Assembly: GCA_964345035.1 (NCBI GenBank)
Contig: CAYFPO010000007.1
Coordinates: 2,444 to 66,443, forward strand
DNA: 64,000 bases
Direction: 5' to 3'
Source: an uncultured bacterium
GTDB lineage: Bacteria; Fidelibacterota; Marinisomatia; SCGC-AAA003-L08; GCA-002704045
In this document: positions 47,429-57,175 of the stretch, in pieces
Numbering within the stretch: the stretch's first letter is position 1
Layout of the letters: every line of letters begins with the position of its first letter
Translations under genes and position numbers: made by a program
Notes under the pieces: generated by a model
Database searches by the model: none
What the model was told of the DNA's origin: nothing
The model's input: only the letters and a program-made list of their open reading frames with translations

Positions 47429-48674
47429 ACTAATCATCCGTGGGGGAAATCAATTAAATGGCAATGTGTCGATCAGCGGCGCAAAAAATGCTGTTTTACC
47501 TATAATGGCATCCACATTATTGACATCAGGAAAATTTATAATTAATAATGTTCCGGATCTACGGGACACACGAACCATGTCTCAATTGCTGCGGGAAATT
47601 GGTGCAACTGTGATTTATTCTGATAATACATTAGAAATTGATACAACAACATGTACAAACCCGGTTGCTCCTTATGATCTGGTGAAGACAATGAGAGCAT
47701 CTTTTTATGTATTGGGACCGCTTATGGGAAGGTTTAATCACGCTGAAGTATCCCTGCCGGGAGGTTGCGCATGGGGACCAAGACCGGTTGATATTCATTT
47801 AAAAGCTCTTGCAGAATTAGGTGCAGATGTACAATTAAATAAAGGGAATATAGTAGCGACCGGTAACCTTACCGGTGGAGAGATTCATTTAAGGTTTCCC
47901 AGTGTTGGTGCAACCGGTAATATCTTAATGGCAGCTGTGAAGGCAAATGGAAAGACAAAAATCACTAATGCTGCCTTAGAGCCAGAAATAACATCTTTGG
48001 GAGAATTCTTAATTGAGTTAGGCGCAAATATATCTGGGCTTGGCACAAATGAAATCACCGTTTGCGGAGTCGGAAAACTTAAGGGTAAACTCGAATATTC
48101 AGTGATACCTGACAGAATTGAAGCTGGAACATTTCTTATTGGAGGAGCTCTCTGCGGTGGAAAAATTACATTGACTGAGTGTAATCCGGAACATCTTGAA
48201 TCAGTGATATTGAAATTGAGGGAATCTGGTTCAGAAATAGGCACAACAATGAATTCAATAACAATTATAGGTAATGATTCAATAAAACCGGTCAATATCA
48301 ATACTGAACCATATCCAGGTTTTCCGACTGATCTTCAGGCACAATGGATCGCATTTATGTGTCGCTCTAATGGCACCGCTGATGTTACAGAAGGAATTTA
48401 TCATGACAGATTTACCCATATATCAGAACTGAATCGATTTGGTGCAGATATTACATTGAACAATAACACAGCGATTGTTCATGGTGTATCGGAACTCCAT
48501 GGTGCACCGGTAATGTCAACAGACATTCGGGCGAGTGCTTCATTAATCCTTGCTGCTTTAGCAGCAACAGGTAAAAGTGATATTTCTAGAATTTACCATA
48601 TTGACCGTGGTTACGAAAATATTGAAGAAAAATTTAATAAATTAGGTGGTAATATAATTCGTACAAATGAATAA
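47421..48674 (+). CDS. murA: UDP-N-acetylglucosamine 1-carboxyvinyltransferase
   Basis: The track ORF starts at 47361. The conserved N-terminus MDKLIIRGGNQLNGNVSISGAKNA starts at the ATG at 47421 (ATGGATAA overlaps the recN stop). It has the active-site loop LPGGCAWGPRPVD. Confidence 0.95.
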   Translation: MDKLIIRGGNQLNGNVSISGAKNAVLPIMASTLLTSGKFIINNVPDLRDTRTMSQLLREIGATVIYSDNTLEIDTTTCTNPVAPYDLVKTMRASFYVLGPLMGRFNHAEVSLPGGCAWGPRPVDIHLKALAELGADVQLNKGNIVATGNLTGGEIHLRFPSVGATGNILMAAVKANGKTKITNAALEPEITSLGEFLIELGANISGLGTNEITVCGVGKLKGKLEYSVIPDRIEAGTFLIGGALCGGKITLTECNPEHLESVILKLRESGSEIGTTMNSITIIGNDSIKPVNINTEPYPGFPTDLQAQWIAFMCRSNGTADVTEGIYHDRFTHISELNRFGADITLNNNTAIVHGVSELHGAPVMSTDIRASASLILAALAATGKSDISRIYHIDRGYENIEEKFNKLGGNIIRTNE

Positions 48675-48782
48675 TGTGACAAAAGTCAATTGCAATATAT
48701 TGTTACATTTTAAAATTAAAATTGGTTTGCATGATGTTAAATAAGTAATATAACTTTGAGGCGTAAATTAAAGGAGAATGTC

Positions 48783-49523
48783 ATGAAAAAAATTAACATC
48801 TTACTAAGTACCTCCGTAGCTCTTTCTTTGGTAATGGGAGCAGCTACTGTAGGTATCAACAAAGCTCTAACAGAATCTGTCGGGTCGAAAGTAAATCTTT
48901 CAGTGGACTCACAAGAAGATGTTTACGGCTTACAATTTGAAATCAAATACAACACCGATGAATTAAATTTGAATTCAGTTTCCTCAAAATTAGAGGGATT
49001 CACATTTGAATATAGAGAAAAAGAAAACGGTATTGTAAAAGGTCTGATGTTCAGTCTGGAAGGCGTTGCTCTTTCTACTGCAAATTCTGTATCAGATCTA
49101 TTGGAATTTGATTTCACTTCAAAAAATGGTTTTGATGGATCAAGCACAGTAAATTTCAATGAAGTTATTCTAGCTGGCGAACATGGTACTTCAATAGAAG
49201 TCAGTACAAACTCATTTGAAGTAAACGCAGGTGCTGCAATTCCTGATAAAACCAATTTAAATAAAAACTATCCAAACCCATTTAATCCTACAACTCAGAT
49301 AGAATACTCTCTTGCTGACGCAGGAATGGTTTCGCTGATTGTTTATGATTTGAATGGCGCTGAGGTAAATACTCTGGTGTCTGAATCAAGAGATGCCGGT
49401 CATTACACAGCAGTTTGGACTGGAATAAATAACCAAGGTAATCCGGTTGCAAGTGGTCGTTATATTCTGAAAATGACTGCACCGAATTATACCGAAACAA
49501 TTACCATGACTCTCCTTAAGTAA
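48783..49523 (+). CDS. cohesin-domain protein with T9SS-type C-terminal sorting domain
   Basis: ATG at 48783 (AAAGGAG upstream) gives the signal peptide MKKINILLSTSVALSLVMGAA. The cohesin-like core is KVNLSVDSQEDVYGLQFEIKYNTDELNLNSV...GIVKGLMFS...LLEFDFTSK..FDGSSTVNF. The tail is KNYPNPFNPTTQIEYSL......VYDLNG.......GRYILKM. Confidence 0.7.
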   Translation: MKKINILLSTSVALSLVMGAATVGINKALTESVGSKVNLSVDSQEDVYGLQFEIKYNTDELNLNSVSSKLEGFTFEYREKENGIVKGLMFSLEGVALSTANSVSDLLEFDFTSKNGFDGSSTVNFNEVILAGEHGTSIEVSTNSFEVNAGAAIPDKTNLNKNYPNPFNPTTQIEYSLADAGMVSLIVYDLNGAEVNTLVSESRDAGHYTAVWTGINNQGNPVASGRYILKMTAPNYTETITMTLLK

Positions 49524-49546
49524 TTAAAACACAGTAGAGTTGTTGA

Positions 49547-49578
49547 AAAGCCCTGTTCGGCCGGACAGGGCTTTTTTC
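49547..49578 (+). terminator. rho-independent terminator
   Basis: AAAAGCCCTGT-TCGGCCGG-ACAGGGCTTTTTTC: a GC-rich stem (GCCCTGT/ACAGGGC) followed by T6. Confidence 0.85.
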
Positions 49579-49661
49579 ATGGATAATACTTGGTTTTAAT
49601 TCCCTACCAAAAGTAATATAGACGAATCTGAATTTATAACTATTCATCTATTGTTGATAAA

Positions 49662-51008
49662 ATGGGACTAAATATTGTCATAATTGGTGTGGGGGAAGTA
49701 GGGTATAACCTTGCCCGATCTCTGAGTAAAAGTGATTATGAAATTACAATTATCGATATTGACCCTGCAAAATGCAGTAGGGTTACTGATAATATTGATG
49801 CACAGGTCTATGAAGGTGACGGAGCATCACAAAGATTGTTGGAGAAAATAAATATGCAGAATGTTGATTTTCTGCTTGCCTTAACCAGGATCGATGAAGT
49901 CAATCTCGTAGCCTCGAGGATTGCAAGAAAAATGGGAGCAAAGAAAATAATCTGCAGGTTACGGAATACAGAATATCAACACCGAGACGCTGTAATTACT
50001 CCTGAACAATTCGGCATAGATTATGTCACCTATCCTGAAAAGGCAGCAAAGGATGAAATAGAAATGCTGATTCGTCAATCTTCCACTGCAGAAATTCAAA
50101 AATTTAAAAATGGTGAACTTACTTTGGTGGGAATTCAGCTGGAACCTTCATCACCACTTATCGGCAGGTCAGTAATGAGTGTTGAATTGGCAAATCCATT
50201 TGTTCCACATAAATTAGTGGTGGTAAATAGAGAAGAAAAAACATTTGTTCCACACCAAAACACAAAATATAAAAAAGGTGATATTGCATATTTCATTGGG
50301 AAATCTCGTGATATTGATAAAATCCAAAAAATTGCTGGTAAGCCTGCCATAAAAGTAAATAACATTATGATTTTGGGTGCAGGTAAAATTGGTCGACTGC
50401 TTGCTAAATCTCTCCAATCTGATTACAATGTCCGCTTGATTGAAAAAAATAAAGAAAAAGCTGAATGGGTAAGTAATAATTATCCTGATACATTATTGTT
50501 AACCGGCAGCGGAACAGATATTGAATTTCTCGAGGAGGAACATATTTCTGAAGTGGACTGTTTTATTGCTGTAACTGAAAGTGAACAAACCAATATACTT
50601 TCCGGCATTCTTGCAAAAGATCTTGGAGCAAAGCAGGTTATAGTACACATAATCACTACTTCATATCTTCCGGCTGTCCGACGTGTGGGTGTAGAAGCTA
50701 TTGTTAGTAAAAATATTTCAGCAGTGAATGAGGTGATCAAATATATCAAAAGTGATGTATCTGTGTCCATTTCTCGATTTGAGGATATAGATATTGAAGT
50801 CCTCGAATTAGCTGTGAATACAGATTCAAAATTTGCCCGAAAAAACTATTCCATTGACAAAATTCCAGAAGATATTGCTCTTGGTGCAATTGTCAGAAAC
50901 GGAAAATCAATCATTCCCGATTTAAACACTCATATCCAACCACATGATGAATTAGTTGTGTTCACTAAAGAAGAAAACATAATCAAAGCCGAAAACCTCT
51001 TTCAATAG
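49662..51008 (+). CDS. trkA: Trk potassium uptake system NAD-binding protein TrkA
   Basis: 448 aa. Two RCK/NAD-binding halves, each opening with a Rossmann motif (IIGVGEVG, ILGAGKIG). Confidence 0.9.
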   Translation: MGLNIVIIGVGEVGYNLARSLSKSDYEITIIDIDPAKCSRVTDNIDAQVYEGDGASQRLLEKINMQNVDFLLALTRIDEVNLVASRIARKMGAKKIICRLRNTEYQHRDAVITPEQFGIDYVTYPEKAAKDEIEMLIRQSSTAEIQKFKNGELTLVGIQLEPSSPLIGRSVMSVELANPFVPHKLVVVNREEKTFVPHQNTKYKKGDIAYFIGKSRDIDKIQKIAGKPAIKVNNIMILGAGKIGRLLAKSLQSDYNVRLIEKNKEKAEWVSNNYPDTLLLTGSGTDIEFLEEEHISEVDCFIAVTESEQTNILSGILAKDLGAKQVIVHIITTSYLPAVRRVGVEAIVSKNISAVNEVIKYIKSDVSVSISRFEDIDIEVLELAVNTDSKFARKNYSIDKIPEDIALGAIVRNGKSIIPDLNTHIQPHDELVVFTKEENIIKAENLFQ

Positions 51009-51014
51009 CATGGA

Positions 51015-52493
51015 ATGATTAGAAAACAAGTATTTCATATTGTTGGACTGATATTGATCTTTTTGGGACTTTCAATGCTTTTCAGTGCAGCATGGAGTTT
51101 CTATTATGATTATATTCTAGGTCAGGAAGATGATCTCTACCCATTTATAAAGTCAATTTTAATTACCATTTCAGTTGGTTCAGCATTATCTCTTTTAACC
51201 CGTCCAAAACACAAAATTGAACTCAGTAACAGAGATGGATTTGCTATTGTTACAATTGGATGGATTGCAATGGCAACCTTTAGTGCATTTCCATTATTTT
51301 TCTATGGACATGGATTTACATATGTAAATGCATTTTTTGAAGTAATGTCTGGTTTAACAACAACCGGTGCAAGTGTATTGGGGCATTCTTCAACAATGGA
51401 AATTGAATCACTTCCCCATGGGATTCTATTCTGGAGGAGCTTCACACATTTTATTGGTGGAATGGGGATAATTGTATTCAGTATTGCAATTTTACCACTG
51501 TTAGGGATGGGAGGAGTCCAGCTTTTCAGAGCAGAAGTTGCGGGTCCAGTCGCCGATAAACTAACTCCCCGGGTTAAGCAGACAGCTAAAATGCTTTGGA
51601 GTATATACGTGGGATTTGTATTGTTAGAAACTCTTATTCTGTGGATTGAAGGCATGGATATACACGCAGCATTTTGTCATTCTTTCGGTACCATGGCAAC
51701 TGGTGGATTTTCAACGAAAAATGCAAGTGTGGGCGCATACAATCCGCTGATACAATGGACTATTATATTTTTTATGTTTTGTGCAGCTACAAATTTTTCA
51801 CTCCATTTTTTGTTCTTATCAAAAAAATCACCGGAATATACCAAAGATACTGAATTCAAATTTTATCTTGCAATGATTGGGATTTTCAGTCTCTTATTTC
51901 TTATTAATATTGTTCAATCCAATCTTTATGAATTTAACCTAAACTCTATTCGGCATTCCGTTTTTACATCAGTTTCTCTTTTAACCACAACCGGATTTGG
52001 AACAGAAAATTTTGAAAATTGGCCTGCCTTATCCAAAACATTGATATTCTTTCTGTTTTTCATCGGTGGATGTGCAGGATCTACTACAGGCGCAATGAAA
52101 ATAATCAGAACAATTCTTGTCGGAAAATATCTCATGTCCGAGATCCGAAAAATGCTTCACCCGAAAGGTGTATTCCCCCTAAGGATCAGCGGAAATGTTG
52201 TACCGGATGAAATTGTTAATACAACATTGGGATTTTACCTGTTTTATATTTTTATTTTTGTGACAACAGCATTGGTATTTTCAATGTTGGGACTGGATAT
52301 TGAGACTTCATTAACTGCCTCAGCTTCGGCAATTGGAAATATTGGTCCGGGTCTTGGTACAATCGGACCCTGGGAAAATTGGGGGCATTTTCCAGATTTA
52401 GCAAAATGGCTGGCTAGCTTCTGCATGCTCCTTGGAAGATTAGAAATATTTACTGTGATGGTTTTATTCAGTCGGGGATTCTGGAAAAAATAA
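51015..52493 (+). CDS. trkH: TrkH/KtrB-family potassium transporter
   Basis: 492 aa and polytopic. It has repeated pore-loop motifs (TTTGAS, ATGGFS, TTTGFG) and follows trkA. Confidence 0.9.
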   Translation: MIRKQVFHIVGLILIFLGLSMLFSAAWSFYYDYILGQEDDLYPFIKSILITISVGSALSLLTRPKHKIELSNRDGFAIVTIGWIAMATFSAFPLFFYGHGFTYVNAFFEVMSGLTTTGASVLGHSSTMEIESLPHGILFWRSFTHFIGGMGIIVFSIAILPLLGMGGVQLFRAEVAGPVADKLTPRVKQTAKMLWSIYVGFVLLETLILWIEGMDIHAAFCHSFGTMATGGFSTKNASVGAYNPLIQWTIIFFMFCAATNFSLHFLFLSKKSPEYTKDTEFKFYLAMIGIFSLLFLINIVQSNLYEFNLNSIRHSVFTSVSLLTTTGFGTENFENWPALSKTLIFFLFFIGGCAGSTTGAMKIIRTILVGKYLMSEIRKMLHPKGVFPLRISGNVVPDEIVNTTLGFYLFYIFIFVTTALVFSMLGLDIETSLTASASAIGNIGPGLGTIGPWENWGHFPDLAKWLASFCMLLGRLEIFTVMVLFSRGFWKK

Positions 52494-52494
52494 A

Positions 52495-53445
52495 ATGAAA
52501 TTGTGTCAGATAGATGAATTTAAAGTAGGGAAATCTGTTCAGGGGTTTTATTTATGCAAAGAAAAACAAGTAAGAAACACGCGGAATGGTGATTTATACC
52601 TTGATTTATTACTGGTGGATGGTTCGGGAAGTGTTCACGCAAAATTATGGGATCATGTTGATACGTTCATGAACAGATTTATAAAGGGGGATGCAGTTGC
52701 AGTGAAGGGAATACCTACAGAATATCACAATGAAATTCAGTTAACTATTACCCAAATTAATAAAGCCACAAATGAAAAATATAACAAGTATGGATTTAAC
52801 CCTTTACTGCTGATTCCGTCTTCAGAAATTCCACCTGAAAAATTATGGAAAGAACTCCAATCTATAATTAAAAAGATTACTGACTCAAATGTGCAGAATC
52901 TGTTAAAAATAATCTTTGACAAGCATAGAGAAATAATTTCCATATTACCTGCGTCGGTACACCATCACCATCCGGTACGTGGTGGATTTCTGGAACATAT
53001 TGTATCTACAGGAAGCATTGCAGTTAAGTTAAAAAACCAATATAAAGATGTGAATAATGATTTAGTAATTGCAGGTGTGTTGTTACATGATATTGGAAAA
53101 ATTAATGGTATGACCGGTGAACTTGAATCTGATTATACTTTAGATGGTCATCTCATCGGTCACACAGTGCTCGGTTGGGAAATTGTGAAAAATGCAATTT
53201 CTGAAATTAAAGAGTTTGATGATGTTTTGGCTAAAAAGCTGGAACATATCATAATTGCCCATCAGGGAAAGCAAACAGACGGGGCTCCTCGGATTCCTAA
53301 ATTTCCTGAAGCATTATTGGTTCATTATATTGACGAGATCGATGGTAAAATTGACCTAATGATACGAACTATTAAAGAGGACAATAATTTAGAGGAATGG
53401 ACGGACAAAAGAAATATATTTCGTACTCAAATCTGGAAAAAATAG
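52495..53445 (+). CDS. yhaM: 3'-5' exoribonuclease YhaM-like (OB fold + HD domain)
   Basis: 316 aa. N-terminal OB-fold segment (NG..YL.L.L.D.SG...AKLWD), then an HD domain (HHHHP..GG.LEH, LLHDIGK). Confidence 0.8.
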   Translation: MKLCQIDEFKVGKSVQGFYLCKEKQVRNTRNGDLYLDLLLVDGSGSVHAKLWDHVDTFMNRFIKGDAVAVKGIPTEYHNEIQLTITQINKATNEKYNKYGFNPLLLIPSSEIPPEKLWKELQSIIKKITDSNVQNLLKIIFDKHREIISILPASVHHHHPVRGGFLEHIVSTGSIAVKLKNQYKDVNNDLVIAGVLLHDIGKINGMTGELESDYTLDGHLIGHTVLGWEIVKNAISEIKEFDDVLAKKLEHIIIAHQGKQTDGAPRIPKFPEALLVHYIDEIDGKIDLMIRTIKEDNNLEEWTDKRNIFRTQIWKK

Positions 53446-53500
53446 TTCAAATATTTAACAGCAGATTGGTTAAATTTCATTTAAAATAACGAAGGGAAAA

Positions 53501-54025
53501 ATGAAAAATATCAAAAATATTACAATTACCGGCATCATACTGGTTGCGGTAGTTTCAAGATTTATACCACATCCGCCGAATTTTACGCCTATTCTTGCAA
53601 TTTGCATGTTCAGTGGGATCATGTTTCAGGATAAAAAATTAAGTTTCCTGATTCCAATTATTATGATGGTAATTAGTGATGCATTTCTTGGATTTCACAA
53701 TAATTTGTTTTGGGTGTATGGAACATTACTTCTCATAGTTGGTATGGGCATATATATGCAAGATAAAGTTAAATTACCCACTGTAATTTTAGGTGTAACA
53801 TCAAGTTCGATAGGCTTTTTTCTAATCACTAATTTTGGTGTGTGGCTGGGGAGTATTTCATATCCCCAAACATTGTCAGGATTAGCATTATGTTATACTG
53901 CTGGGATTCCTTTCCTGAAAAATACAATCCTAAGTAATTTCCTGTTTTCCGGGATATTTTTTGCCGTATATAGTATAGTAAGTAGAATCATCCCGGAATT
54001 GAAATTCAATCCTCAACAACATTAA
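53501..54025 (+). CDS. integral membrane protein of unknown function (5-6 TM)
   Basis: 174 aa and strongly hydrophobic. The N-terminus ..VSRFIPHPPNFTPILAICMFSG recalls a conserved uncharacterised transporter-like family (possibly DUF6580, from memory and unverified). Confidence 0.5.
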   Translation: MKNIKNITITGIILVAVVSRFIPHPPNFTPILAICMFSGIMFQDKKLSFLIPIIMMVISDAFLGFHNNLFWVYGTLLLIVGMGIYMQDKVKLPTVILGVTSSSIGFFLITNFGVWLGSISYPQTLSGLALCYTAGIPFLKNTILSNFLFSGIFFAVYSIVSRIIPELKFNPQQH

Positions 54026-54026
54026 T

Positions 54027-55571
54027 TTGAAAAAATATAATCATTTCTATTTCAAAAACCGCTCTTATCCGGAGCGGTTTTTACTTTTAGTACTATTCAT
54101 CATCTCTTCATTACTAATCGGAAATGAATCTCAATTTATATCTATTCAAACAGATCAGACAGGACAATCACAGTTTTTGATTGATATAAATTCACCGGGG
54201 TATTTCCCCGATATTAAAATTGGATCTATTCGATATGATGGTACCTTAAATCTACCTATAGGAATCTACAAAATTACTGAATTTCCTCACTCATCAAATT
54301 CAGATACAAACGAAGTAAGAAATTTTTTCAACTGGAAACAAGGCGATTTTGAGTATAGAGAAATCAGCATTGGAGCAAAGTCTGCAAGTATTGATAGCGG
54401 CAGGATTCGCTTTTCCGGATTTGGCAGGTCGTTTCCCGGGAATGACGGCAGATTGGGACCACCCGGCTCTGATTATAAAGGAAATGTACTACAGAATTAT
54501 TTATTAGAATATGAAAAGGAATATAGAAATGGTGAATTTACTTCCGGATTCGCCTACCATAAGGAAAATGTGGGTTTACCGACAGTTGGTTCTTCAAACG
54601 GATTTAGAAACACTGAGTCTTTCCATCTAAGTACCGATTACAATGTTAAATTGAAAAAAATGAACATCGTCTCCTCATCAGCTTTCCAAATTGGAACTTT
54701 TGACAGGGAGGGGCATACTGCAGAATATTTGGTTAAATGGCTGGATGTTTCAGGAGATTATGAACTGAATGATAATAATTGGTTCATCATTCAATATTCT
54801 GGTAAAAAACTATCGGTTGAATCAAAGGAATTACTCCAGGATATTTCAAGTATTGCAATTAATCATACAAAACTAAATTATTTTTATCATAAACCAACTT
54901 TTGGAATTTCAGTAAGCATTGATGCTCTTGGGTCAACAGTTTTTCCGGGAATTGAGATTAGTAAAAACCTGTTTGATTTTCAATTTTCCATAAAACGCAG
55001 TATTGCCAATGAAATGAATACTACGGATTCTTTAAAATTCACCAATGTGTCTGTAATAAATAATAATGTTTCAGTAAAATATAATTCAGATCGCTTCTTG
55101 CATTTTAATACAAAAATTACCGGGATGTATTTAGAATGGGATAAATATCAATTCCCCGGAATTTCAGGTCAATTCCAAATTTCTCAACCATGGATATCTT
55201 TATCGGGAGAAGGTGTCTATTATAATTCTCAGGATATATTGGTAAGTCGATATGGACATTTATCTGCTAATCTGCATCCGGTTTTATGGTGGACTGACAG
55301 ATACAGATTTTCTGCAGGGATAGAAGGCATTTATTATCATTTGCCAGGTACATTTACTCTTGATCTAAATTCCATTACCGGTGTTACAAATGAAATAGCA
55401 AACCCTGCAAATGTTGGATTTATTAATTGGAAATTTGGATTGAAGGTAAAAAATTTCAGTCTGACATATTATACAAGTTTCCTGTCAAATCAGGAAATAA
55501 ATATATCACCAGCCATTATCCCGATAGAGCCTTTCTCATATTTGGCAGTTGATTGGCGATTTATAAATTAA
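54027..55571 (+). CDS. hypothetical protein, probable outer-membrane beta-barrel
   Basis: 514 aa, TTG start directly after the previous stop, hydrophobic N-terminal segment. The C-terminal two thirds show alternating aromatic/polar strand patterns (..YLAVDWRFIN at the end). No family is recognised. Confidence 0.4.
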   Translation: MKKYNHFYFKNRSYPERFLLLVLFIISSLLIGNESQFISIQTDQTGQSQFLIDINSPGYFPDIKIGSIRYDGTLNLPIGIYKITEFPHSSNSDTNEVRNFFNWKQGDFEYREISIGAKSASIDSGRIRFSGFGRSFPGNDGRLGPPGSDYKGNVLQNYLLEYEKEYRNGEFTSGFAYHKENVGLPTVGSSNGFRNTESFHLSTDYNVKLKKMNIVSSSAFQIGTFDREGHTAEYLVKWLDVSGDYELNDNNWFIIQYSGKKLSVESKELLQDISSIAINHTKLNYFYHKPTFGISVSIDALGSTVFPGIEISKNLFDFQFSIKRSIANEMNTTDSLKFTNVSVINNNVSVKYNSDRFLHFNTKITGMYLEWDKYQFPGISGQFQISQPWISLSGEGVYYNSQDILVSRYGHLSANLHPVLWWTDRYRFSAGIEGIYYHLPGTFTLDLNSITGVTNEIANPANVGFINWKFGLKVKNFSLTYYTSFLSNQEINISPAIIPIEPFSYLAVDWRFIN

Positions 55572-55573
55572 AT

Positions 55574-56860
55574 TTATTTCATTAACAGCATTTTACCGGT
55601 TTTAGTGCCACTTGAAGTAGATAATCTGTAAAAATAGGGTCCTGATACTTCATTTTTAAAACTAACTTTCACCGAATTCATCCCAGGTGAAAATATAGAT
55701 TGTTTCTCTGCAAAAATTTGTGTACCAAGTGCATTATATACAGATAATGTCACATTATCTGGTGTATCCAGAAAAAATGAAATTGTAGTTTCCGGATTGA
55801 ATGGATTTGGATAATTTCCAAATAGTTTAAATTCATCCGGAGAGATTATTTGTTCGGTAATGGATAATGGAGAATTCCAAAATGCAAAGGAACCGGGTAT
55901 GCCTCCAACTGAATGCCTTACCACTTCATTGCTGTTAGAATCCAGAACCACCACTTCATCCGGTGCAATAAAATCATCTGAAAGTCCCAGATAAACATAT
56001 TCACCGTTTGCAGCCATTGAATATACATACTCAAAATCTTCAGTACCTATTCTGGTTTCTGGAATAATTTCCAGATTTTCATCCAGCTTAGCAATACCAC
56101 CATTCCAGGTTCTATACACCGAACCCTGATAGGTAGTTATATCACCGCCACATAAAGCCAAACTATTCACACCATAATTCTGGATTGTAATTTCTCCTGT
56201 GGATAGATTAATGGATGATGTGCCGGTAAATTGTGTCCAGGACTCGTCATAAAATATGCGTGCGATATAAAGTACGCCATCGTGCAGCACCATTTGGCCG
56301 GGTCCCGTACCTACATCATAAGTAGTCACAACCGTGTTGGATTCCGGGTCAATTGCAGCCACCAGGTTCCCATCACTCCAATCGGAATGTAGTACGATGG
56401 ATACATAAATCAGATTACCGTCTGTTACCATCATCTCAGGTAATCCGTCAACCGGAATGGAAGTGATGAAATTATAAGTTGTCATATCAATTATAGAAAT
56501 TGATTGTGTATCCCATTCGGTTAAATATCCGTAATTGCCTAAAACAAGCAATTCTCTTGGCACTGAATTATTAGTGTCTATTGTTTGGGAATAGGTAATG
56601 CTTCCGTCATCTTCCTCAATATCATACACACGAATCTGACTTGAGCCATTCAGGATAACGTAGAGTGTATTGTCAACAACGGTCATAGATTGCCCGACAT
56701 TCCCGATGGGATTGTCTATTGCTTCTGTGATTTCAAAATTTCCATTTTCAACCCACAGAGAAGCATCATTTGAGTAGAAGTCCCCTTCACACAGAATAAA
56801 TGCAGATTCAGCTGAAATTGCAATGGAAATCATAAAGATTAATTGGATCAGTATTTTCAT
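55574..56860 (-). CDS. secreted YncE/YVTN-like beta-propeller protein with T9SS-type C-terminal sorting domain, controlled by a cobalamin riboswitch
   Basis: The track ORF extends to 56887, inside the riboswitch terminator. The ATG at 56860 has AAAGGAG upstream and gives the signal peptide MKILIQLIFMISIAISAES. Propeller-like strands include FILCEGDFYSNDASLW, LYVILNGSSQIRVYD and GVLYIARIF. The tail is GNYPNPFNPETTISFFL...LSVYNALG...GPYFYRL.... Confidence 0.75.
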   Translation of the reverse strand: MKILIQLIFMISIAISAESAFILCEGDFYSNDASLWVENGNFEITEAIDNPIGNVGQSMTVVDNTLYVILNGSSQIRVYDIEEDDGSITYSQTIDTNNSVPRELLVLGNYGYLTEWDTQSISIIDMTTYNFITSIPVDGLPEMMVTDGNLIYVSIVLHSDWSDGNLVAAIDPESNTVVTTYDVGTGPGQMVLHDGVLYIARIFYDESWTQFTGTSSINLSTGEITIQNYGVNSLALCGGDITTYQGSVYRTWNGGIAKLDENLEIIPETRIGTEDFEYVYSMAANGEYVYLGLSDDFIAPDEVVVLDSNSNEVVRHSVGGIPGSFAFWNSPLSITEQIISPDEFKLFGNYPNPFNPETTISFFLDTPDNVTLSVYNALGTQIFAEKQSIFSPGMNSVKVSFKNEVSGPYFYRLSTSSGTKTGKMLLMK

Positions 56861-56873
56861 TTTTACTCCTTTA

Positions 56874-57045
56874 AACAAAAAACCCACAATCGTGAATCAA
56901 GTGGGTAATTTAAATTTCCTGACCTTAATCCACGAAGGTAATATAGAAAGTGAAAGTATCTGGCTTGTCCCATGCAGGGGCTTCACAGTTGCGGGTCAGC
57001 TTCGGATTTCAACCGAATTCCTTCCAGTTAGTATGATTGAATTTA
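56874..57045 (-). promoter_or_regulatory. cobalamin (B12) riboswitch with candidate terminator
   Basis: The minus strand reads ..TAACTGGAAGGAATTCGGTTGAAATCCGAAGCTGACCCGCAACTGTGAAGCCCCTGCATGGGACAAGCCAGATACTTTC.. This matches the conserved core (GGGAA..GGTGaaAatCC....C.G..CCCGC.ACTGT) and a B12-box-like AAGCCAGATAC. It is followed by ACCCAC-N13-GTGGGTTTTTTG and AAAGGAGTAAAAATG. Boundaries are approximate. Confidence 0.75.
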
Positions 57046-57175
57046 CAGGCTAAGTTACTACCTCAGAAACAATTATTTTTTCAATTTATTATGAAATTAC
57101 CCAATGATTTATACCTGTTTATCCAAGTAACTTATAAGCTGATTTTAAACTAATATTTTACTAAAGGAGGCTAAA

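Noticed and set aside
56823-57053. 76-aa plus-strand ORF between the propeller gene and trxA.
   Set aside because: It overlaps the minus-strand cobalamin riboswitch and terminator. It has no SD and no recognisable protein features.
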